Made by a program: the position numbers and the translations under genes | Shown here: one piece after another, positions 12,317 through 23,790 of the stretch | Position numbering within the stretch: position 1 is the first letter of the stretch | How the letters are laid out: each line of letters begins with the position of its first letter | The notes under the pieces: generated by a model | The model's input: only the letters and a program-made list of their open reading frames with translations | What the model was told of the DNA's origin: nothing | Database searches by the model: none | Assembly: GCF_964213995.1 (NCBI RefSeq) | Contig: NW_027590154.1 | Location: 310,001 to 374,000 of the forward strand | From: Mustelus asterias | Taxonomy: Eukaryota | Direction of reading: 5' to 3' | Length of the DNA: 64,000 nt

Positions 12317-12396
12317 GGTTTTTGTATGAGGATTTCGCTGTACTCAGCACTGTGACCCACTGCTGTATCACAGTGACAGACACTCGCACAAAAACT
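12317..12396 (-). other. IGHD: IgH D1 segment (core 12355-12368, ATACAGCAGTGGGT) flanked by 12/22 RSS
   Basis: The 3' RSS reads CACAGTG-22-ACAAAAACC on the minus strand (12317-12354). The 5' RSS reads CACAGTG-12-ACAAAAACT on the plus strand (12369-12396). Frames: IQQW / YSSG / TAVG. Confidence 0.95.
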
Positions 12397-12768
12397 GCAC
12401 TCACTCTCTGTTCAGTACTGCCGCTCAATATGTACTTCAAATAAACCATTATTTCGATGTAATTTACAATTTATGCAGCAGTTTACAAAACACAATCTAG
12501 AAACACCTCCTCCAAGTATCAGAAATAGTAAAACGAGCGTTATATCCAGGTGTGTAATTGCTGAAACTGTTAAGAGTAAGTATAAACAGAGTGAAAATCC
12601 TCAGTCCATTATGTCTGTGTGTTTTCTTGGTTTAATGTTTAATTTTCACTAAGTTAGGTTTGTCAGAAGCGTTTTGTGTTTTGGTTCTGGTCACTGTCGT
12701 TAATACTACATTTAAAACAAGCACTGACCTTCAGGTTATGATGGAAGTTGCTGAATTCCCTCTCGAGC

Positions 12769-12807
12769 TGTTCTTGTCCGGGTCCAACCCTGGTTCCTCT
12801 CGCTGTG
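12769..12807 (-). other. V recombination signal sequence (23-RSS)
   Basis: Minus strand CACAGCG (12801-12807) + 23 bp + ACAAGAACA (12769-12777). Confidence 0.94.
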
Positions 12808-13112
12808 GTCTCTTGCACAGTAATAGATGGCGGTGTCTTCGGTCTTCAGCCTCGTCATTTCCAAAGAGAAGATGTTGCGTGAAGTGTCTTTGGACGCAGT
12901 AAATCGATCCTTAATTGCTGGGGCGTAGTTGTTGTTTGATGAAGAGTAGTAGTAAAGCAACCACTCCAGCCCCTGTCCTGGAACCTGTCGGACCCAGCTC
13001 ATGCTATAGCTGCCAAGATCGAAGCCGCTGGTTTTACAGGTCAGTGTCAGGGAGCCTCCGGGACGCCCGGTCTCTGCCTCTGGCTGAGTCAACACAACCT
13101 CCGACTGGACAC
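12808..13112 (-). CDS. IGHV: IgM heavy chain V exon, open and apparently functional
   Basis: It follows acceptor ttttacAG and translates [101 protein letters not shown]. Both Cys, WVRQ and YYCAR are intact, and the framework is shark VH-mu type. Confidence 0.97.
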
Positions 13113-13236
13113 CTGTAAAAATAGATCAAAGGATTAATTTTGGTGACATGATTGCTGACTCTGGAACATTCCAGAGACAGACTAACATTTTGATACAGTG
13201 ACAATGAGGAATTGGACAATAAAAAATACTACTCAC

Positions 13237-13282
13237 CGGATAAGATACTCAACAACAAACTGAGAGAAATCGCCGACCTCAT
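13237..13282 (-). CDS. IGHV: IgH leader (signal peptide) exon
   Basis: ATG at 13282, MRSAISLSLLLSILS(G), donor GTGAGT at 13231-13236, and a 124-bp phase-1 intron to the V exon. Confidence 0.95.
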
Positions 13283-13359
13283 CTTTCTGGTGATTTGGGG
13301 GAAATGGTTGTGTCAGGAACTCAGTGAACAAACCAGCTCCCGGAGTGTTGGATTCCGGT

Positions 13360-13470
13360 CCGGTGAGCGGCATTTAAATACCCGGCAGAAGGGGGCGGCT
13401 TTCCAGGCGCCGCCTGTTGATTCCCTGCTGGAGGCGGCGACTGGATCCAGGTCCCACCTTCCACACCCCA
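13360..13470 (-). promoter_or_regulatory. VH promoter: TATA-like TATTTAAAT plus GC-rich stretch with GC box, no octamer
   Basis: TATTTAAAT lies on the minus strand at 13372-13380, about 90 bp above the ATG. GGGGCGG is at about 13392 in a locally CpG-rich stretch. No ATGCAAAT is present, consistent with shark IgH promoters. Confidence 0.65.
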
Positions 13471-16377
13471 ACAGAATGGACTCCCAGATTTACAATAGAT
13501 TAATATTAAAATGGACATTTTATCAGCGTCGGGATATTTGTTTGGCTGAATATGTTCAATGTATTGTCTCCATTATTGCTGATGGTGATATTGCAGTTCA
13601 TCATTTCTTTATTTAAAAAACTAATTCCATTGTAAATATGGTGTTTTTATTACCACGCCCCCAAGAAGAACACAAATCTAAAAATGATGAAATAACATTT
13701 TGGGAAAATAAGGAGACCGTCAGTCTGTGTTGCAACAATTCCGGGTCTCTGTCACATTACAATAATAAAGCATCATTTATCAGAAGAATTGTTGTCGATT
13801 TCTGTAACTAAATGCGGAGTATGAACAAAGTGATTGCATTTACAGTGTGGATGGCTGTCACTGGACATTTTGTGTTTGGAGATGAGAAGAAACTCTCACA
13901 CAATACAATGTTTCTCCTTATATTTGTCAAACTGCCCCAATCTCGAAGACAGCCCTTTGAAAATACTGAGAATCCCGCCCTCCTGATAATTAAATAGTGA
14001 GTTGACAGAGAAACATAAATTTAACATCGACTTTTGACAGAGAAGTTAATGAATGAACGGACACGGAGATCATTAAAGTTCTCCTTCAGCATCCAAATCA
14101 TTGCAGCTCACTCTATTGGCCACCGGCTGTCGAACATTCTCTGGTATTGGGAACACAAGATATCAGGTCTTTGCTGCACATTGCACAATATCACAAGAAT
14201 AAATGTTTTATCTTCCATTGAATCAGGTTATGACCTGATCATTTCTCCGCTCATTGGCAGCTATGATTGGAACTCTTCAATAATGGAAATCAGATTATAC
14301 TGTACAATAGAACACGGTGTAAATCAGGTACAAGAGACGCTGCTGTTTAAATAGGGGGCAAAACTTTCAGAATATTCCAGGAATCCCTGTTGTTCATGTC
14401 AGTTTGATGATGTTCTTTTAATATTATTTCGATGCATTTTTGCCATTGCTCTGATCTCAATTGACTGGGGAATTGGGACCATCAACATCTCTCTCGCATT
14501 TCATGAAGTGGTTAATAAACAGACTTTAATTATTGGAATGACATTTACTTGGAAGTTATACAAATGAAAAAACATCTGGTCACTTTACTGTTTTGCGATG
14601 CTATTTACTCACATAATGAACAGGACATTGAATGAAAATATTTGATTAGAATGATTACTATTTAAAATGTGTCTTTCTTGTGGGAATGAAACATTTACTG
14701 TTCAAATGGCTGAATCCCATTTTGTCCATTCAGGTTCACGCTAATCTGTCCCACACAGTATTTGGCAGCAATCCAGCCTGCTGTCAAATGCTCAAAGTTA
14801 TTGACAGGAAGCATCTGGGGGTGTTTGTGCAGTAGATCTGCTTCCTCAGTACTGACCGCTTGGCTGCAAGCCAACTTCAAACCCTTCACATTGTCAATGA
14901 GCCCTATTTATAAAGAAATCTACCCAGCAACAGTACTGGAGGCAATTTAATGTTTTAAGTTGTAAGTCTATATGGATTTTACCCATCTCTCAAGAAAGAC
15001 AATTTATGCAGCTTCTCTGACACCCTGTTAGCAACAATGATGATTTTTCCAGCACATCAGGATATTGTCATGGATGGATCGAAAGAATTACAGGCAGACT
15101 GAGAGATGACTCAGGGAGACGATACATGTTGTAATACATGAACTTGTATGTTTGTGTATTCTTTCCCTATCTCGTTCCATGAGATGTTTGAGTTGGTGGA
15201 ACGACGAGCACATTATGCCTGTCCCAAATGCCCTTGAACTGAATGGTTTTCTACGCCACTTCTGAAGAGTCAGCCATTTTGTGTCCGTCTGGAGTCACAT
15301 TCTTGTGAGACCAGGTAGCGATGGCAGATTTCCCTCATTGGGGGATCAGAGAGGGTTCTATGGTCGCCATTAGAATGTATTCCATATTTATTAATTGAAT
15401 TCAAATTCCACCAGCTGCAATGCTCCGATTTAAATCCCTGTCCCTGTCCCATCATTGTCCTGGGCCTCTGGGTCACTGGGCCAATTAAATTAATATTACG
15501 TCACCATCTGCGCAAACAATAAATGAATGACTGTCTTGATGCAGGAATTAATGACAGTTGAATGAATGATAGTTGGATGAATCACAGTTGGATGCCTGAA
15601 TATTTTGATTGAGGAATCAGTGAATGGATTGATGGATGTGTTGCGAGATGGCATTGAAAAATGCTGTTCTACATTCCCATATTTGTGCTTGATTATTTCA
15701 TAAATTGAATCAGCTCCTTTATTCCATTTGTGTCAGTCTAATACCTTCAACTCTTCCAGAGTCTCTGGGTGAAATCCATCCCGAGTTTATCGGGAGTTAG
15801 CAAGCTAATCCTCACGAAGAGAAGGACGAGATATTCCTGCCGCTCGGATGGTTCATTTCTCTGCTGATGCTGAATCTTCATATCCAAGATAAAAAGAGTG
15901 AACATGATTAGGTTGAGGAGGGAGGATTGTAATATTTGAAACATGTGGTTCTTTGACGTACAGCAAATCACTCAACATGCCCTCACCTAAATTAGTGAAG
16001 GTAACAGGGTGAAAAGTAAATAAGGTACCAACAGAAATATTGTGAGACTCACTGGACAATAACAATTGTTACATTACTTCCCAAAACAGTGTAATACTGA
16101 ATCGGGATTTAAAGATTCAGTAACTTCACATGAGGTACAGGTAGTTTCATTTATATCATCACTTTGAAAATCATCACACACTCTAGCTATGTATCAGGAC
16201 ATTCTGTGTGATGATGAGGTGATTACTTGTCAATGAAGAACAGAGGCTGCTGGGTCGCTGTTCATTATGCACGGTCTGAATTAATTTCATTCCCCACTGA
16301 ATTCTGGGACAGATTATATTCCTTGGTGACAAAAAGGCCAACATGATGCCAATAAATGTTAATATCAATACATCCTA

Positions 16378-16948
16378 CGAAGCAAATTACAATTGTATGT
16401 TGTATAGAATGAAATACTGAAAACAAACAGAAAATGCTGGAAAATCGCAGCAGGTCTGACAGCTTCTGTGGAGACAGAATGGAGCCAACGTTTCGTGTCT
16501 GGATGGCGCTTCGACAGAGTATTCCTGATGCGTTGGAGAGATCATCATTGTTTCTAACAAGGTGTCATAGAAGCTGCATCACTTTCCTGTGAGATGGGAA
16601 TAGTTTAAGTAGTTACTGTTTAATGATATACACTATGTCGACCCGCACACAAGTTACACCAATTCAGATATCGATCCCAAATATCATATTCAACTTCTCC
16701 ATCCTAACTAACCTAATCAACGCCTCAATCACTAACTATATTCTAAAAAAAACTTCCTAATCCCTATCCAACCGTATCATTTCCCAATTTCATCATCCAC
16801 TTCAATTTCCTCCAAATAAAAATTGGTCATCCTGACTCAAAATGTTGGCTCTATTCTCTCTCCCCAGATGCTGTCAGACCTGTTGAGATTTTCCAGAATT
16901 TATTGTTTTTGTTTCAGTTTCCAGAATCCGTAGTAGTTTGCTTTTATC
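16378..16948. mobile_element. Penelope-like inverted terminal repeats around a unique spacer of about 300 bp
   Basis: 16378-16520 and 16823-16948 are reverse complements (gaaaatc.cagcaggtctgacagc / gctgtcagacctgttgagattttc). The paralog is at 30612-31060. Confidence 0.7.
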
Positions 16949-17424
16949 AAAATGCTGAATATAATTGGTGAAATAATTGTTTATCTGTATGACTTGATGA
17001 TAATTGATGAAATGGAATAACCCCGCCTGGAAATACCGCCCCCCCCCCCTCCCCAAGACACTCATCAACCCCACTTGAACATAAGTTACCATTCCTATAC
17101 TGTCGCTGGGTCGGAATCCATGAGCACCCTCCCGAACAGCACTATGGGAGTACCTACTCTGCAGGTTTTGCAGCGGTTCAACAAGGCAGGTCACCACCAC
17201 TTTACTGAATGCAATTAGCAATGGGGAACAAATGCTGGCCTAGAAAGTGTCGCCCACCTCCCATAAAGTAATGTTAAATATACTAATCTTTATGAATGAA
17301 TGAGAACTGGTGAATGCATTTTTAAAAATTGTGAATGGATGGTCGTTGGTGAAAATAATTACTATTCTTCTGAACATTTATGACATTCTCCTTATCTGCT
17401 GGAAGATTTAAGGTTTGACGTTTA

Positions 17425-17718
17425 TTTATTAATGTCACAAGTAGGCTTACATTAACACTTCAATGAAGTTACTGTGAAAATCCCCGAGTCGCCACGTTGC
17501 GGCGTCTGTTCGGGTACACCGAGGGAGAATTTAGCCTGGCCAGTGCACCCTACCTGCATGCATTTTCGGACTGTGGGAGGAGCACCCAGAGGAAATCCAC
17601 GCATACACGGGAAGAATGTGAAGATACCGCACAGACACTGACCCAAGCCGGGAACCAAACCTGTGGCCCTAGCGATGTGAGGCAACAGAGCTAACCACTG
17701 TGCCATCCTGGCACCCAC
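17425..17718 (-). mobile_element. V-SINE (subfamily with cacagtaacttcattg..taagcctacttgtgac tail)
   Basis: tRNA-like head and V-SINE core. The paralog is at 31252-31550. Confidence 0.8.
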
Positions 17719-18329
17719 CATTCCACAAGAGATGCATGATTCAAATTCATCACACTTTTTGCAAAGTAAGCCAATGGAAGAGACTGCTCCAGCTACAGAC
17801 ATATCTCAGTCATGGCATCACGGGAAAGATCTTTGCTAGGGTCACACTTGAAATACATAATCTACTTGCAGACCGGGTGTTCCTGATGTGCAGTGTAGTG
17901 ATTGTGTTGGAAGATTTACTCCAGCCAACAACTTCTCCATGTTCCATATGTCCATATCTTTAACGTACTTTGATCAATCTCGCTAAGACATTCAACGCCG
18001 TCAGCACGGCAAGGACTATAGGATTTTGGTGATAACTGGCTCTACACCAAAGTATCCATTCATGATACAAAAACGATAACACACAATGACAAATGGTAGC
18101 TTAATGGGCAGCACTTGTGGCAGAACTAACCTTTCAAAAATTGTCCTCTTCAATCATCAGAAAAGGTGACATATGTCAAGGAAGCCAATCTGAATTGGAT
18201 GTGTTTATTGTGTGTCCATCATGTAGTGTAAATGGAAGGATGCAAGTGATCATTTTGAAATTAATTTCTGTCAAACATGATATATTTCACAAAACACACG
18301 CAAACCAAGATGCCCAATTTTTGTTCCGC

Positions 18330-19285
18330 CAGGATCACTCGACTCCAGAAATGATTTAAAATGAGTCCAAATATAGACACAAATTTTAAATTAAAAGGTG
18401 AAGAGAGGTTGCGTGCCCTTGACATCGACGCAACATTTGACCGTTTGTCGCATCAAGGAGCCCGAGCGAAACTGCAGTTAATGGGAATCAGGGGGAAACA
18501 GTCCACTGGCTGGAACACAAAGGAAGATGGTTGTGGTTCTTAATGGTCAGTCCTCTCAGTCACACGGCTTTGCAGGAACTCTTCAGGTTAGTGACAAAGC
18601 CCCAAGCTTCAGCCATCATCAAAGTTCATATGTGGGATGTTCACTGATGATTGAACAAAGTTCAGCACCAGTCCCGACTCCTCAGGTACTGACACAGTCT
18701 GTGTCCATATGAAGCAAGACTTAGAAAACATTCAGTCTTGGGCTATTGAGTGACAAGTAACATTAATGCCACACAAGTGGCAGGCAATGACCCTCTCCAG
18801 TAAGGGAGATTCCAACCATCTCCCCCTGACACTAAGTAACATTACTAGCGCAGAATCCCTCACTATCAACATCCTGGGCATTATACTTCGTGAAAATCTG
18901 AACTGGAGCAGGCATTTAAATCATGTGGCTACAAGAGCAGGTGAGATGCCAGGGGTTCTTCGGCGAATAGCTCACCTCCTGAATTTCCAAACCCTATCCA
19001 TCATCTACCAGGCAAAAGGCAGGAATATGAACAAAGAACAGTACAGCACATGAACAGGCCCTTCTGCCCATCAAGTCTGTTCCAACATAAATGATTGAAT
19101 ATTCTCTACTTGCCTAACTTGTGCCACTCAAAAAGCTCCATGCCATTCTGGAAAAAGTATCTGTCTCGAAGAACACCCCACCCACCAGCTTCCCAAAGCT
19201 TGCCAACATATTCTCAAAGGAAATTATGGTTTGGCAACAACAGTTGACTGTCAGTGACGTCAGAATCCCATGAAGTAATGTTAAA
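18330..19285 (+). mobile_element. Degenerate CR1/L2-type LINE RT fragment
   Basis: ALDIDATFDRLSHQG motif and NLNWSRHLNHVATRA. Paralogs are at 32170-33145 and 48300-50085. Confidence 0.75.
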
Positions 19286-19309
19286 AATCTCATATCTCTG
19301 CTTATATTC

Positions 19310-21025
19310 AACTCACCTCTGACTCTGTCCGTGTTACACTAGGTTCTGCCTGGATCACATTCCAGGAGGTCCTATCTACGTTTTTTTGCTGCACTCGGGT
19401 CAATATCAGCTGTTCATGTACGGAGCAAAGGCCCTGTTAATATTATAATTTCTAAGTTACGGCTGCACTTAGCCATGTCCCTGCTAATCTGACAAGAGGC
19501 CGTGTCTTAATTCTTACTGCCTCAGAACATTTACCTCTGTGCACTAAACTGGAAATACTGTCTTCATGCATTACATATGGTTCTGTCACAGTTATTTTGC
19601 TAGTCGTTCATGAGATTTTAATAATCCAAGTCCTTTTTAAGTTAATGCTGCACCAGTCCATGTATTTGGTTATTTAAGGCTATGTCATGTCTCAGTTTTA
19701 TTGTACTTTGCAATACCTCCTAATTGCTGCATTGTCCGAATCTCAGTGTGCATCAGTCTAGTTCCTTTATCAACAACTACTACGAATGAAGTGGGCTCAG
19801 TATAAGTTTATATCAGTCAAGGTACTATATCAGTAATTATCACTAACACACTGGACTTTGTTTCAGTTTAAACCTGTCTCAGTCCTATAATTATTACTAA
19901 TGCACTTGGCTGCATCGCAGTTCATAAAAATCTCGGTCCAGTATCATTAATTACTCGGCGCTGTCTCAGTTCATGTCGCATAAGCTCCTATATCAGTAAA
20001 ACTGCGCTAGACACTGTCTCAGTTTTCTTTTCCTTGGCAATGTCATTTTTTTAAATGTTTCTTTCATGGGATGTGGCTGTCATTGGAATTTGGCATTTGA
20101 CCATCCTCACATGGCACTCGGCACTAACTCATTTCTATTTTGTTGGATCTGGCCCCTGTTTATATTAAAATACAGCCTGGTTCTGTTAATACTCTGCTAG
20201 ATCGAAATTCAGTTTATATTGCACGAGACACTCTCTCTGGATATGTAATATTTGATCCTGACCCTGTATATATTTCACTAGACTGTGTCAGTGTTATTCC
20301 TGCACTTAACTATGTCTCTGTTTGAATTATGTCTGTATTACTACACGATTCTGCGAGTAGAAGAGATAACATATTGGGATAAAAACATTGCTATCAGGCA
20401 AGATCCAGAAACGGGCAGTATTGGATCGACAGTATTTGGTTGGTGCAGTCTTGGAGGGCCGACGGGCCTTTCCCTGTGCGGTGATTTTCTTTGTTGTTTG
20501 TTCTTTATTGACAACGCATGCTGCACAGGGCTTGGTATCCATTTTCAATGCAGTCAGCAGAAGTAGATTTCAGATATCGCTTCTTCTTTTCCCGTGCCCA
20601 AAACCTCATAAAGTTTGCAGAGAATTGTATTCCCCCAACCACTTCCCTCATTACTGGCATTGTCCAGTGCAGTAAAAACTGAGACCATGTCCAATACAAT
20701 ATAAACGTGGACAGGGTCAATTGCAGAAATAAGACTGCATCTAGTTTAATGCAAATAGAGATAGGTCTATATTAATATAAACAGAGACAACGTCTCGCTT
20801 AAAATGAACAGAAATATGGTAACGTATAATATAACGTATAACAGCGTCCAATTTAGTATAAACAGATACAACATCCAGTTTCATATGAGTAGAGACAGGC
20901 AATATAATATTCTACGTGCAATATAAAAATAGTTAGGGTCCAGTGAAAAATCAACAAAGGTATGGCCTCATAATATAAGCTGACAGAGGGTAAATTTACT
21001 GTAATATAAAGAGACTGGTTCAATC
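19310..21025. repeat. Minisatellite of about 30 bp in two opposed arrays around a core
   Basis: The forward array (tatactgcactagaccctgtctcagtt-like) spans 19310-20340 and the reverse-complement array spans 20660-21025. Paralogs are at 33170-34860 and 50090-52100. Confidence 0.65.
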
Positions 21026-21049
21026 CCCATGACATTTGTAGAGACGGCC

Positions 21050-21690
21050 GACTATCCCATCAAAAGCTTACAGGACAGGAGTAACATGGTGTTAGCTGCA
21101 GAATGCAAAGTTCCCTCTGCATTGCCAAATTAAACCCTCCCAAGGCAGGAATAGCATGAGTTACATACAAAGTGAATCTCGCTCTATACTATCCAAATCA
21201 AACATTCCCAGAACAGTATACTGTCTAGAAAGAGAGTGAAACTCCCTCTACAAAGTCTGCTCAAACAAAATGAAGGCAGAAAGAGCATGAACTCTCTTCT
21301 ACGTTAAACCTCTTCTGCACTCTTCCTTCAGAGATTCGGGAGGCAGATTTAAATTACTGTTAGGTACAGGGAAAAGAGCTGTCTACATAGTGCCATAAAA
21401 CACACCCAGGTCAGGTACAGCAGAGATGAGATACGGATTAAATCTTCCTTGACAAAGTCATATCAAACATTCAAAAGGAAGGTACAGTGAATTTAGATGC
21501 AGAGTAAATATTCCAAAGACAGGGACAGCAGCGGCTAAATATGGGGACAGATCCTTTGGTACTGCCACATTGAATCCTTATCACCAGGTACAGCCGATGT
21601 TAGACACAGAGGAAAATGTATCAAATATTCCGAGATCAAAGAATGCTCAAGAGACCTTTTAGAGTAAAGCTCCTTCACAGATTCCAATTC
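21050..21690. repeat. Degenerate shark minisatellite (cagagtaaagctccctctacactgtcccatcaaacactcccagg..ggttagata)
   Basis: Repeated units of about 60 bp. Paralogs are at 34880-35520 and 52100-52390. Confidence 0.75.
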
Positions 21691-22269
21691 ATTGAGTTAA
21701 ATTATTTTAGAAGTCTATAACTCCGGCTGAGAGAACACATTGGGTAGATGATATTGACTTCATGTTGTGGAGTGAAGGCGACGAACCATTGTGGGGAGAT
21801 CAGACACTGAAACAGACAGGAGAAAGACAGAGAGATGAAACAGGAAATTTCAATGAATACATTTGCCGTGTCATTATATTTCGGGATCAGAGGGATGTTT
21901 TCCTAATTCTGGACATAGATATCATCATGACGTTTTTCCTCATGTAATTTAAAATCATAGCTTTCAATAATATTGAAAAACAATCGTTACTGGAATCCGT
22001 TGATTGATTTGCATGTTTGACTCTATTTCTGTGCTGTGTTGGTGGGGAAATATTTGTTGTGTTTTTGTCAGTCAACAATCTAATCTGGGATTTCTATTTC
22101 TGTATTTATTTACATAAACACCTCACTGTTTACAATGAAATGTTCATGGCAGCAAAACCATAAACCGTCACTTATTGATCTGTTTCAAATCAAAATAGCG
22201 TTTATTTTAAGAATATTAACAGTTGATTCAAAATTAATAGAAACTTTTTGAACATTCATTACACAAGAT

Positions 22270-23292
22270 ACAAAGTGGCAAAGATTAGTGGGAAAATAGA
22301 GCATTTGGAAATCTTTAAAGGTCAACAGAAAGCCACGAAGAAAGCTATAAGGAAAAGTAAGATGGATGATGAAAGTAAACTAGCTTAGAATATAAAAACA
22401 GATATCAAATGTTTCTACAAATATATAAAGCAAAAAGAAAGAGTGGCTAAAGTAAACATTGGTCCTTTAGATGATGACAAGGGGGATGTAATAACTGGAA
22501 ATGAAGAAATTCAGAGATTTTGAACATATAGTCATTGGAATTCAGAAGAGTGCCGGGAGAATCTTATAGAAGCATACAAGATTAGGAAGGGAATTAATAA
22601 GATAGAAGCGGGGAAGTTCATAGAATCATAGAAACCCTACAGTGCAGAAGGAGGCCATTCGGCCCATCGAGTCTGCACCGACCACAATCCCACCCAGGCC
22701 CTACCCCCACATATTTTACCCGCTAATCCCACTAACCTACACATCCCAGGACTCAAAGGGGCAATTTTTTTAACCTGGCTAATCAACCTAACCCGCACAT
22801 CTTTGGACTGTGGGAGGAAACCGGAGCACCCGGAGGAAACCCACGCAGACACGAGGAGAATGTGCAAACTCCACACAGACAGTGACCCGAGCCGGGAATC
22901 GAACCCGGGAACCTGGAGCTGTGAAGCAGCAGTGCTAACCACTGTGCTACCGTGCCGCCCGAGTTTCCACTGGCAGGTGAAACCAGAACTAGGGGGCATA
23001 GCCTCAAAATAAGGAGGAGCAGATTTAGCACTCAGTTGAGGAGGAAATTCTTCACACAATGGATTGTGAATCTGTGGAATTCCCTGCCCAGTGAAGCAGT
23101 GGAGGCTACCTCATTGAATGCTTTTAAGGCAAGGAAAAATACATTTCTGAACAGTAAAGTAATTAAGGGTTATGGTGTGCAGGCTGATAAGTGGAGCCGA
23201 GTCCACAAAAAGGTAGGCCATGATCTTATTCAATGGCGGAGCAGGATCGAGGCGCCAGTTGGCCTACTTCAGCTCCTAGTTCTTACATTCCT
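22270..23292 (+). mobile_element. CR1/HER1 LINE fragments, internally deleted and interrupted by a SINE
   Basis: An AKISG..RKSKMDDESKLA-type segment is followed by the ORF2 C-terminus TRTRGHSLKIRRSRFSTQLRRKFFTQ and the 3' tail. Confidence 0.85.
22619..22960 (-). mobile_element. Full-length young HE1-like V-SINE nested in CR1
   Basis: Head gggcggcacggtagcacagtggttagcactgctg, B box ggttcgattcc, and tail (tctatgat)n. Confidence 0.92.
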
Positions 23293-23450
23293 AAGATACT
23301 ACAAACACTGTCCAGGGACCTGTCTGACCCAGACACCCAGTTGCTGCCATGGGTAAAGCCACGCGATGGCTTTCCAGGTCAGTCTCAGGGAGCCTCAGGG
23401 ACGCCCGGTTTCTGCCTCTGGCTGAGCCAACACAATATCTGATTAGACAC
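23293..23450 (-). pseudogene. VH pseudogene 1 (FR1-FR2 only)
   Basis: It reads [24 protein letters not shown]..(frameshift)..[12 protein letters not shown]. The acceptor is mutated AG>AA, and the 3' part is lost at a CR1 junction. No leader or RSS. Confidence 0.88.
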
Positions 23451-23484
23451 TTTTACAAATATGAAAGAAAAACATGTAAAAACA

Positions 23485-23790
23485 ACACCACGCACCCCGG
23501 ACATACTCTCTCGCCTTTTTCCATCGCGATGATGCAAAAGCTTGAGGACATTTATAAACCGAGTTTAAAACAGTTTCTTTCCTGCTGCATTCAGACTTTT
23601 GAATGGACCAACCTCGCATTAAGTTGATCCTTTTCTACACCCTAGCTATGACTGTAACATTACATTCTATACTCTCTCCCTTTCTTCCCTATGTACATTA
23701 TGCTCTGTCTATATAGTGAACACGAAACAATAACTTTCACTGTGTAGTAATATGTGTGATAATAATAAATCAAATGAAATCAAATAAAAT
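23485..23790 (+). mobile_element. Rex1/Babar-like LINE 3' end in the pseudo-V intron
   Basis: HPGHTLSPFS..RLKNSFFPAAIRLLN-like sequence and an aataaatcaaat tail. The same insertion is at 38075-38385. Confidence 0.7.

Larger units (their letters stand above)
15366..22270. repeat. Segmental duplication copy A, closest paralog 29661-36090
   Basis: Both copies start gccattagaatgtattccatatttattaattgaattc and stay collinear, including shared SINE, LINE and minisatellite content. Confidence 0.9.

Noticed and set aside
535-13282. IgW, IgNAR or TCR assignment
   Set aside because: The V framework, two-D layout, WGQG J and [19 protein letters not shown]1 fit IgM.
19310-21690. CRISPR-like repeat arrays
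   Set aside because: These are degenerate eukaryotic minisatellites with no unique spacers or cas genes.
21720-21850. Polypyrimidine tract and possible small minus-strand exon next to the octamer block
   Set aside because: Splice sites and reading frame are not conserved among the three copies.
22010-22040. CACAGCA-11-ACAAACATG-like RSS in the conserved block
   Set aside because: Wrong spacer length, weak nonamer and no partner RSS.
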